IMG/VR virus record: IMGVR_UViG_3300031228_000003
Span: 1-39,847 of that record
Direction: 5' to 3' (one strand)
From: a virus
Length of the DNA stretch: 39,847 nt
Position numbers and translations under genes: made by a program. The notes below the pieces were generated by a model. That model searched no databases, had not been told where the DNA came from, and saw nothing but the letters and a program-made list of their open reading frames with translations. Of the stretch, positions 25,645-32,779 are shown piece after piece (position 1 is the first letter of the stretch; every line of letters starts with the position of its first letter).

Positions 25645-25787
25645 GCGATCCGTTATTGTTCTTCGTTGCACAGGGTGATCCGTCCGTAATCGACACTATC
25701 CGTTATCTACGGATGCCGGATTTTCTCGACACACTCGACACCGTCTGTTCCCTTGTGGGTCAGCGGTTAGCGTCCCGAATGTTTTAG
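24964..25787 (+). CDS. tail assembly chaperone, -1 frameshift fusion product (lambda gpGT analogue)
   Basis: The -1 frame is open from 25434 to TAG 25787. The zero-frame reading ATA AAA AAA AAT at 25444..25455 gives a perfect X XXY YYZ heptamer. The frame offset of track ORF 25458..25787 relative to 24964 is +2, which equals -1. Confidence 0.6.
25446..25454 (+). promoter_or_regulatory. programmed -1 ribosomal frameshift slippery site (A9 run)
   Basis: AAAAAAAAA at 25446..25454 is followed by TTT. A second, weaker site CAAAAAA lies at 25503..25509. Confidence 0.6.
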
Positions 25788-25804
25788 CCCATAACGTTAT
25801 GGGG
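25787..25804. repeat. PAL copy GCCC-ATAACGTTAT-GGGG
   Basis: Exact core. It shares its G with the TAG stop of the frameshift ORF. Confidence 0.9.
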
Positions 25805-25817
25805 TCGGACGATTCGA

Positions 25818-25835
25818 CCCCATAACGTTATGGGG
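25818..25835. repeat. PAL copy CCCC-ATAACGTTAT-GGGG
   Basis: Exact core. It is linked to the previous copy by the small hairpin GGGGTCG-GACGAT-TCGACCCC. Confidence 0.9.
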
Positions 25836-25861
25836 TCTTCCGACAACACACGGCAAACGAT

Positions 25862-28800
25862 ATGCAGATAGAAGTTGATTTCGTACCGAAGGGGGCAAAC
25901 CTCCGTGCCTTTTTGCAGAGCTTGGCTAAACAGCTAAAAGCCCTTGGGTTAGATACATCCGCTTTCGACGTCGATCAAATCGCAAAGGATTTCGAGGAAG
26001 CTGCATTCTTTGCAGGTGAAGCGGGAAAAAAGATATCGGAGCTTGAAGCGGAATTAGATTCCCTGCAAAGTGGGGGTGATAAAGCCGCTAAGACATTTGA
26101 ACGACTCGGTAAGTTCGGAGCATTGGAGGGGATCGGTTCAGGGCTGAACGCCTTTAACGATAAGCTACAGCAGAACGCGGAAGGTATGCGGTTGCTCGGT
26201 TTGCGATCGGGTGCAACAGGTGCGGAACTTGAACAACTGGAACAATCGGCATCCAATGTATTTAGCCGATCCGTAGGGTTCGAGACATTTAACGAAGCGA
26301 CCGAAGCGATAGGGGTAGCACACAGAACGTTAAGTGAATTTCTTGACCCGGCACAACTCGAAGATTTCGTAGTCAATATGTCGGGTGCCGCAAAGGCATT
26401 CGATCAGGATCTGAATAACGCGCTACTTAAATCAACCTCCCTTATCAAAGCCTATGGTTCGGAAGCTGCAAACGTAATCCCGCTTGTTATGCAGCAGGCG
26501 GGGACGTCCGGCGATGACGTGTTAGATACGCTTGCAGAGTATGCCCCCCTCATGAAGGAAGCGGGGATAAGTTATGAAGAGTTCGCGGGACGGATGATAG
26601 CGGGAGCGCAAGCGGGGGCGCGGGATACGGATAAATTGGCCGACAGTATTAAGGAGATGCAAATACGTTTGCAGGCCGGGGACACGACGAAAGCCCTTAG
26701 CGAAATAGATACACCGATCACCGAAGCGATTGCAGGTATTGTAAAAGCCGGAGAGGAGGGAAGCAAATCAGCCGGGCAGGTAATGTCGGAAACCGCGCAA
26801 GCGATCGAAACCGCTTTCGATGCCGGACAGATTTCCGAAACGATGCGCTCACAGCTGCAGGTTGCTATAGCCGGAACACCGGCGGAAGATCTTGGGGCCG
26901 ATCTGTATGCAGATATATTTACGGCCCCTATCGATCCAAGTATAATTCAGGGGCAAGCGGCCGACCTTACGGCAATGCTACAGGAAAGTATACAGCCCCC
27001 GTCCTTTACCGAAACAATCGGCCGTGAATTAGAGGCGACCTTTTCGGGGTTAGGTGCTACGATAGGTCCGCTACTTGGACCCACTGCACAATTCGCGCAA
27101 ACCCTTGGAACCGTTGGCCCTGCACTTGCCGGGATGGATCTTGCAAAACATGCAGGAAGTGCAACGCAATTTGCGGCAAGTATACTATCAAAAGTTATTC
27201 CGGGACTTGGGGCGCAACTTGCCGCAACCAATGCAACTACGATCGGAACAAAGGCACTATCTGCCGCACTGTTAACTAACCCGTTTTTCCTTGGGGGTGC
27301 CGCTATACTCGCAGGGGTTGCGGCCGCATTTGTATTACTGAGGGATAATACAAAGTCGGCCGACGATGCCGTTGCAGACCTGAACGAATCCACCGACCGG
27401 TTCAACGAAGTAACCGAAAAGGCGAAGGGTGTAAAAACTGCAAGTGATAACCTGCGGAAACTTGCCGACGAATACGATGACCTATCTAAAAAGACCGATC
27501 CGGAAAGTCAAAAAAGATTCGCACAAGTCGCCACGGAATTAGATAGTAAGCTCCCCGGATTCTCTACGAAGGTTGACGAACTCGGGACCAAGGGTGAATT
27601 ACTCGGACAGAAATATCAGTTTGCGACCGGTCAGGTTCGCGCCCACGCTGACGAAATGGACCGGTTAGCGGATCAGGGCGTCGCGGACGCGCAAAAAATG
27701 CAGACCGATCAGGTCAAGGCCGCATTAGATACATGGGATAAATTAGAGGGTGAGATTGCGGGAGCGAGGGAAGAGACTGATAAATATCAGGCATTGGTAG
27801 ATCAGGGATTAGGTGACGAAGGGGGCGGGATATTTAGCGATACTTACGCAGAGAATGCAGCCGACTCAAGGGCCGAGTTAGTCAAATATGGACAAGAGCA
27901 AGAGAAGGTAAAGGAAGGTCTTAAAGACTGGATCAAAGAGCAGGCGGCACAAGGCAAGAGCATGGAGGATGTGGCCGAAGCTGCAGGCCGATCGGTCGAA
28001 GATATAGCGTATCTCGGCGGAGAAATGTTTGCAGCACAAAAGGAAGCAGCCGCAATCGGTGGCGAAATGCGTAACGTTGCACAGGAGACAAGAGCAACGG
28101 CCGACGAAGCTAAGAAATTAGGTGCGGAATTTCAGGCAGCAATGGCTGCGAGTGCGGACCTATCGACGGCAAGTATAGCGGCACTTGCACAGGCGTTGTT
28201 CAACTTGGAGAACACAAAGAATGCCGATGCCGAAACACGCGCACTGCTGCAAAAGCAGGTAGACGATTTAACGGTAAGAGCGCAATCGGCCGTGAAGTCT
28301 GAAACCGAACTTCAGGCATACTTAAAGCGTGCCGAGAAGTTAGCGGGTAAGGTAACCAGAACGACAACACGCACACAGACCGAACGGGAAAAGCGATTGA
28401 TCGACGCTAAAGACGTCGTGGACGATATAATAAAAAGCCTGAATAATGAATTGACCTTGCAAGGGCTATCCGACGGACTCGACCGGGAGTTATCGGAAGT
28501 CTTTCAGGATCGAGAGGCGGACTTAGCGGCACTCAAAGAACAGGCTGAAAAGTTGCGGGAAGATTACAAGAAGTCTTTGAAAAAAGATTCCGGATTGATA
28601 TTCAAAAACGCTGACCTGATTAAGTCACTTGAAGAGGGAGGGGAAGCGTATAAAAAGGTTCTCGAAAAATATGCGAACATCGAACGGGAAGTAACGATAA
28701 ACTTCTTTCGCGAAACGCTTGCACAAAAGCGGGAAGAGCAGGAAAAGGAAAACGAAAAGCTTGCAGCCGATTACGAACGGCAAGCGGGACAGATAGCGGC

Positions 28801-30268
28801 AATCGACGCGACATCAATTGCGAAGCGAATAGGATTGCTAAGCAAGGCAAATGCACTTGAATTCGAAAACCGCAGACGGTCGATTGTCGAGAACAACGAA
28901 GCCCTATTGTCTCTTATGGCTGAGCAGGCCAAAGAGCAACGCAACGTCGACACGGCCGAAACCGAATCGGCGCGGGATGCCGCAAAGATTCGGGTCGACG
29001 AATTAACCAAACAGATAGAAGCACAAAAGGCACTTATTCAAAGTTCCGCTTCCGAGATGTTCCGACTCCGGGACCTGAACGAAAAGCTATCGACCGACCT
29101 GACGGATACCGAAAAGAAAGAGACCGAAGAGCAGATAACGATAATTAACGAGAAGCTGGCGACGATCGACGAAAGTACACGATCGGCCGCGCAGGATTTA
29201 CTCTACGCACAAGTCGAGTACGCGGACGAGGAAAGGGGGATATATAAAGAGCTTTCGGAGTTCACCCGGAAAGAGCGTGTCGACAAACTGATAAAAGAGA
29301 ACATGGCACGCGAAGCCGAAATGCAACGACATAACGACGAGATGAGTAGACTTGTCGGAGTTATCGTTTCGGTTACCGAAGCAAGGGGAGATAGGTTAAT
29401 CGGGATTCAGGAACGGCAAGCGTTAGAGCAACTCGAAGAGACGAGAGCACGGGATATAATTTCGGAAGAAGAGTATGAACGGCGTAAGACGGAAATTGCA
29501 AGTGCCGCAGAGTTGGACCGTGAAGCGTTGCGCTCCCGTGCACGGGGTATCGAATTAGAGGCAGAGCGGCAAGCGGTCTTACAACAGCTTGCCGCCGAAC
29601 GGGAATCTACCCAAGCACTGTTAGACGAAGCGATTGCAGCCGGGGACGTGACCGAAGCGGATAACCTACGCGACAAACTCAAGGGAATCGAGGATGATAT
29701 AAAGGAGCGGGGAAAATTCATTACGGCTGTTGCCGCCGAACTGCAGGACGCGTTAACCGAACTCTTTACAAATCTTGTGGCGGGAGACGAAGAAGATATA
29801 AAGCGTCCGTTTAAAAAGGCGTTCGGTGTATTGGTCGGAGCGTTGCAACGTCTGGCCAGTGCCAAGATAACAGAGGTCTTGCTCGGCAGTATCTCCGGGG
29901 TATTGGGATTACCGGGACTTGTCGGGAGTCTTGCCGCAAAGGGAGTAATCGAGGGAATAGTAAACTCGCTGCTCAATCCGATATTCAGTTCTCTCACGTC
30001 ATTCGCGGAAGGGTCCGGGCCCCTGACGTCCCCGCAATTGGCGATCGTCGGAGATGCTCCCGTTCCGGAACGTGTACTAAGGGACGATCAATTGCAATTA
30101 CTCATGACTGCTGCAAGTGCACGGGGTGCGGAAATGCTATTGCCCCAACTGCAAACGCTGATTCAATTGTTCAGGGAGTATCCCGACCGGATAGCAATTA
30201 GCGAAGGGGAAACGGCTGATGCCGTCAACCGCGCTAATCAACGGAGACGGAAAGGACTCGTCGGATAA
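25862..30268 (+). CDS. tail tape measure protein
   Basis: 1468 aa, largely alpha-helical (A/E/K/L/Q rich) with a central hydrophobic segment TNPFFLGGAAILAGVAAAFVLL. It follows the frameshifted chaperone genes. Confidence 0.85.
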   Translation: MQIEVDFVPKGANLRAFLQSLAKQLKALGLDTSAFDVDQIAKDFEEAAFFAGEAGKKISELEAELDSLQSGGDKAAKTFERLGKFGALEGIGSGLNAFNDKLQQNAEGMRLLGLRSGATGAELEQLEQSASNVFSRSVGFETFNEATEAIGVAHRTLSEFLDPAQLEDFVVNMSGAAKAFDQDLNNALLKSTSLIKAYGSEAANVIPLVMQQAGTSGDDVLDTLAEYAPLMKEAGISYEEFAGRMIAGAQAGARDTDKLADSIKEMQIRLQAGDTTKALSEIDTPITEAIAGIVKAGEEGSKSAGQVMSETAQAIETAFDAGQISETMRSQLQVAIAGTPAEDLGADLYADIFTAPIDPSIIQGQAADLTAMLQESIQPPSFTETIGRELEATFSGLGATIGPLLGPTAQFAQTLGTVGPALAGMDLAKHAGSATQFAASILSKVIPGLGAQLAATNATTIGTKALSAALLTNPFFLGGAAILAGVAAAFVLLRDNTKSADDAVADLNESTDRFNEVTEKAKGVKTASDNLRKLADEYDDLSKKTDPESQKRFAQVATELDSKLPGFSTKVDELGTKGELLGQKYQFATGQVRAHADEMDRLADQGVADAQKMQTDQVKAALDTWDKLEGEIAGAREETDKYQALVDQGLGDEGGGIFSDTYAENAADSRAELVKYGQEQEKVKEGLKDWIKEQAAQGKSMEDVAEAAGRSVEDIAYLGGEMFAAQKEAAAIGGEMRNVAQETRATADEAKKLGAEFQAAMAASADLSTASIAALAQALFNLENTKNADAETRALLQKQVDDLTVRAQSAVKSETELQAYLKRAEKLAGKVTRTTTRTQTEREKRLIDAKDVVDDIIKSLNNELTLQGLSDGLDRELSEVFQDREADLAALKEQAEKLREDYKKSLKKDSGLIFKNADLIKSLEEGGEAYKKVLEKYANIEREVTINFFRETLAQKREEQEKENEKLAADYERQAGQIAAIDATSIAKRIGLLSKANALEFENRRRSIVENNEALLSLMAEQAKEQRNVDTAETESARDAAKIRVDELTKQIEAQKALIQSSASEMFRLRDLNEKLSTDLTDTEKKETEEQITIINEKLATIDESTRSAAQDLLYAQVEYADEERGIYKELSEFTRKERVDKLIKENMAREAEMQRHNDEMSRLVGVIVSVTEARGDRLIGIQERQALEQLEETRARDIISEEEYERRKTEIASAAELDREALRSRARGIELEAERQAVLQQLAAERESTQALLDEAIAAGDVTEADNLRDKLKGIEDDIKERGKFITAVAAELQDALTELFTNLVAGDEEDIKRPFKKAFGVLVGALQRLASAKITEVLLGSISGVLGLPGLVGSLAAKGVIEGIVNSLLNPIFSSLTSFAEGSGPLTSPQLAIVGDAPVPERVLRDDQLQLLMTAASARGAEMLLPQLQTLIQLFREYPDRIAISEGETADAVNRANQRRRKGLVG

Positions 30269-30281
30269 TTAACGACGATAT

Positions 30282-30315
30282 ACACGACGGGGGTTTTCGG
30301 TTTCCTCCGTCGTGT
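30282..30315 (+). terminator. hairpin directly after the tape measure gene
   Basis: ACACGACGGGGG pairs with CCTCCGTCGTGT: 12 bp including one G-T, with a 10-nt T-rich loop. There is no 3' T tract. Confidence 0.5.
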
Positions 30316-30317
30316 CC

Positions 30318-30361
30318 GGGAGGGGGTGGGGTCCGGATGTGCGGTCACCCTACCCCCTCCC
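30318..30361 (+). other. 15-bp G-rich/C-rich hairpin
   Basis: GGGAGGGGGTGGGGT (30318..30332) pairs with ACCCTACCCCCTCCC (30347..30361) with one G-T pair. Confidence 0.6.
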
Positions 30362-30372
30362 CATATCGGTCC

Positions 30373-30386
30373 CCTACGATCGTAGG
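30373..30386. promoter_or_regulatory. operator-like palindrome CCTACGATCGTAGG
   Basis: Perfect 14-bp palindrome. Its core TACGATCGTA recurs at 30689..30698 and 38062..38071. Confidence 0.55.
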
Positions 30387-30403
30387 AAATCCCCGTTTCG
30401 AAA

Positions 30404-30426
30404 CCCTCAAAATTTGCGCAGAATCA
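30404..30426 (+). promoter_or_regulatory. CCCTC-box copy CCCTCAAAATTTGCGCAGAATCA
   Basis: One of four copies of a 23-nt motif. The others are 9310..9331 (minus), 16118..16140 and 35539..35561. Confidence 0.6.
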
Positions 30427-30446
30427 GCCCATAACGTTATACCCCC
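30427..30446. repeat. PAL copy GCCC-ATAACGTTAT-ACCCCC
   Basis: Exact core, within composite element copy A. Confidence 0.9.
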
Positions 30447-30553
30447 TCAAAATCTTGCAGAAAACCGCGATTTCTTGAAGCCACTCGGATAGGGGTAGAC
30501 CCGGAAAATCCCGTCACGGGCTTCTTTGGGGCCCCTAAATTTGGGAAATTTAA

Positions 30554-30573
30554 GGGGGTATAACGTTATGGGG
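30554..30573. repeat. PAL copy GGGGGT-ATAACGTTAT-GGGG
   Basis: Exact core. It has the same form as copy 73..92. Confidence 0.9.
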
Positions 30574-30612
30574 TCTCCCCTCGAAAATTCCTCGGTCTCC
30601 CCTCGAAAATTC
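30572..30612 (+). repeat. tandem direct repeat GGTCTCCCCTCGAAAATTC x2 (22-bp period), iteron-like
   Basis: Identical 19-mers at 30572..30590 and 30594..30612. A degenerate third unit CCCTCGATTTCTCC lies at 30615..30628. Confidence 0.8.
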
Positions 30613-30686
30613 TTCCCTCGATTTCTCCACGGAATCCACGATTCCCGAACTTTTTTTCGATCGCTGTCGATTTTTCTTGCGTGTGT

Positions 30687-30699
30687 CCTACGATCGTAG
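30687..30699. promoter_or_regulatory. operator-like palindrome CCTACGATCGTAG
   Basis: 12-bp palindrome CTACGATCGTAG at 30688..30699, about 70 nt upstream of gene 30771. Confidence 0.55.
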
Positions 30700-30770
30700 T
30701 ACCTTTGTACTAAGTCAGAGCGGGGGACAGTCTCCCGCAAGACCCACAAATCACAATCGGAAATTTTACC

Positions 30771-31082
30771 ATGACAGAGCAGACGACCGCAAAGCCGAAT
30801 TTTATCACCACGATTGAGCAGGAGTTTTCATCCGCATTTGGAGTGAGCTTCCGAGCCGAGGAGACGACGTCTCTCGGAGAGGGCGACCGGACTTGGCAGA
30901 TGTACAGTGACGATTTTGATTACGGTTGCTACATCACAGAGCCGGATTTCCCGGAGGGTCACCCGGCACGCGGGGATATTATGATTGCCCCGGCATTCGC
31001 GTCGGATGGTCAAATGCTCGGAAATCGCCCCTACTCTACGGCACGTGGTGCGATTGCGGCTATAGAGCGACACAGAGCGTAA
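30771..31082 (+). CDS. hypothetical protein
   Basis: 103-aa ORF with a CAAATCACA leader at 30747..30755. Confidence 0.55.
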   Translation: MTEQTTAKPNFITTIEQEFSSAFGVSFRAEETTSLGEGDRTWQMYSDDFDYGCYITEPDFPEGHPARGDIMIAPAFASDGQMLGNRPYSTARGAIAAIERHRA

Positions 31083-31091
31083 ACAGCAACG

Positions 31092-31109
31092 GCCCCCGGA
31101 AACGGGGGC
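31092..31109 (+). other. GC hairpin with GAAA tetraloop
   Basis: GCCCCCG-GAAA-CGGGGGC lies 10 nt after the stop of gene 30771..31082. There is no T tract. Confidence 0.5.
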
Positions 31110-31155
31110 ATCACCCCACTAAATCAAATCACATTTCAACAGAGAGAAATTCACA

Positions 31156-31800
31156 ATGGAAAATTCAAACCTCGACATCTACTTTGCTCCGGAGCTTGAC
31201 CGCTCACAGTACACCGACACGGCCCCCGCTATCGACGACGCCTACCCCCGCTATGTGCACTATCAGGGACAGCATGAGCCGCAGGATGTGCGCCTAATCT
31301 TGACGCAGGAGGGCACGGTATACGTCGATTACGATCCGATCATCGGGAGCGGGACAACCTCGGACCTGCATCACGATATCGATCTGGCGTGGAGCGGAAT
31401 CCCGTCGGAGACAACAGGAGCGGAGATAAATGAATTTCTACGGGACGTCACCCCACTGATGGAACGGGTACATGCCGGACACTCCGTAGAGTGGGACGGG
31501 AGCAACCAGGTCGGGCGCCTTGACGATGACGCCACAAAAGCCAGCGATGAAATTGATAGAGCGATTGCGGATAATTTCGAATGGCACGAACCCAAATTCG
31601 AAATGTATGATCCGGCCGATTTTTTCGAGGATGGTTTATCGGACCTTAAAGCCGATACGACGGACGACGAAATTAATGCAATCGCGAAGCGGGAGACCCT
31701 TGAGGCGTGGACAAGTGCGGTACTGTTTTCAGATGATGCGGCGGAAGCCCTGACGGAAATTCGTGATCGACTGAAGGAGCAGGCCGAAGAAGAGGCGTAA
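31156..31800 (+). CDS. highly acidic hypothetical protein (DNA-mimic / anti-restriction candidate, speculative)
   Basis: 214 aa, very rich in D and E throughout. Codons are visibly more C-ending than in neighbouring genes. A CAAATCACA leader lies at 31125..31133. Confidence 0.55.
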   Translation: MENSNLDIYFAPELDRSQYTDTAPAIDDAYPRYVHYQGQHEPQDVRLILTQEGTVYVDYDPIIGSGTTSDLHHDIDLAWSGIPSETTGAEINEFLRDVTPLMERVHAGHSVEWDGSNQVGRLDDDATKASDEIDRAIADNFEWHEPKFEMYDPADFFEDGLSDLKADTTDDEINAIAKRETLEAWTSAVLFSDDAAEALTEIRDRLKEQAEEEA

Positions 31801-31804
31801 TTAA

Positions 31805-31890
31805 TTCAGGTCCGGGACCATTCTACGAATGGGAGTTGTCCTACACCCTTCCCGGTTTCGTACCTTCGCCGGGGAGGGTCCGGACCTGAA
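31805..31890 (+). ncRNA. 86-nt multi-helix structured element (terminator complex or small RNA)
   Basis: The outer helix is TTCAGGTCCGG(G)ACC (31805..31819) with GGTCCGGACCTGAA (31877..31890). The inner helices are CCATTC-TAC-GAATGG (31818..31832) and CCCTTCCCGG/CCGGGGAGGG (31846..31855 / 31869..31878). Confidence 0.4.
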
Positions 31891-31897
31891 CCGAGTA

Positions 31898-31915
31898 GCC
31901 CATAACGTTATACCC
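31898..31915. repeat. PAL copy GCCC-ATAACGTTAT-ACCC
   Basis: Exact core, preceded by TAG. Confidence 0.9.
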
Positions 31916-31941
31916 TCGCAAATCACAAACGGAGAGACAAG

Positions 31942-32229
31942 ATGAAGAACGACATTTTTTGGTCAGCTTCGGCGGGAACGGGTGGGCGAATTACGGACAC
32001 GAGAGTTTACGACACACTGCGGGATGCAAAGAGACTGATTGCAGAGTATGATAATCATGGAGGGGGTGGGTATATCATCCGGCACGAATCGCGAGGGGTT
32101 GAGGGTCATCCCGTGTCCGGCAAGATTGTATATCAAACTCCCGGATATAATTTATCCGGTCACTACGAGATGGAGCGTGATAAGATCGTAGAGAATTGGA
32201 ATCCCGACAAACCCGAACCGACCCCATAA
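31942..32229 (+). CDS. hypothetical protein
   Basis: 95-aa ORF with a GGAGAG Shine-Dalgarno and a CAAATCACA leader at 31919..31927. The TAA stop lies inside degenerate PAL 32222..32239. Confidence 0.55.
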   Translation: MKNDIFWSASAGTGGRITDTRVYDTLRDAKRLIAEYDNHGGGGYIIRHESRGVEGHPVSGKIVYQTPGYNLSGHYEMERDKIVENWNPDKPEPTP

Positions 32230-32239
32230 CGTCATAGGC
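32222..32239. repeat. degenerate PAL copy CCCC-ATAACGTCAT-AGGC
   Basis: One core mismatch. It contains the TAA stop of gene 31942..32229. Confidence 0.7.
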
Positions 32240-32298
32240 TGAGATTTGATTTCGGGGGTTGCTCGGATCGTCTTATGACGTCCGTCCCGGAATCGATA

Positions 32299-32347
32299 GG
32301 GCCGGGGGAGTGGTAAAATATTCCTCCGCACTCCCGGCCCGCTTTTT
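32299..32347 (+). terminator. intrinsic terminator
   Basis: GGGCCGGGGGAGTGG (32299..32313) pairs imperfectly with CCGCACTCCCGGCCC (32326..32340). GCTTTTT follows. Confidence 0.7.
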
Positions 32348-32374
32348 AATCAAATCACAACCGGAGATATCACG

Positions 32375-32725
32375 ATGCACTTTCCAAGATCTATACTCCC
32401 CCCGATCGACATAAACCAATTTGCCGCACTCGTCACGAACCCTGACGAATACCGATATCCCATAATACAATTCCGGCAACGCTCCGAACAGGAGCATACA
32501 GCAAGGGTCCGTTTCACCCCGCAGGACGGAGCGGAGGGAATTGAATTCGATATCACGATTACAGCCGACTGGAACGGGGGAAGGGGACGGATATATAGCA
32601 TTACCGTATGGGGTGGAGCCGAGGAGAAAACCTACTGTTTAGAGGTGAGCGGTACGCCAGATCCTTACGAGTGGGCGAACGGGGCTATATCGAAAATTGT
32701 GCAGCAGCATTACGCAACCATCTAA
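32375..32725 (+). CDS. hypothetical protein
   Basis: 116-aa ORF with a GGAGA Shine-Dalgarno and a CAAATCACA leader at 32351..32359. Confidence 0.55.
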   Translation: MHFPRSILPPIDINQFAALVTNPDEYRYPIIQFRQRSEQEHTARVRFTPQDGAEGIEFDITITADWNGGRGRIYSITVWGGAEEKTYCLEVSGTPDPYEWANGAISKIVQQHYATI

Positions 32726-32779
32726 CAGAGTGCGGGACCGCACACGATACACACAACCTTAATCAATCGAGGGCTTACT

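Larger units (their letters stand above)
30403..30467 (+). repeat. 64-bp composite element (CCCTC box + PAL + second CCCTC-like box), copy A
   Basis: About 90 percent identical by eye to the reverse complement of 9269..9332. Confidence 0.75.

Noticed and set aside
30318-30332. G-quadruplex potential of GGGAGGGGGTGGGG
   Set aside because: A fully complementary C-rich arm lies 14 nt downstream. A 15-bp duplex hairpin is the simpler explanation.
30447-30749. 100-aa minus-strand ORF covering most of the non-coding hub
   Set aside because: It has a TTG start with no Shine-Dalgarno and an Arg/Lys/Pro-rich low-complexity translation. It reads straight through a PAL copy, the tandem 22-bp repeats and the CCCTC boxes. 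The repeats explain the open frame better than coding does.
31810-31886. Possible tRNA (7-bp acceptor-like stem GGTCCGG/CCGGACC and a D-arm-like CCAT-TCTACGA-ATGG)
   Set aside because: No anticodon stem can be formed after the D-arm. No T-arm (GTTCGAATC-type) precedes the 3' acceptor strand. The length and internal helices do not fit a cloverleaf.
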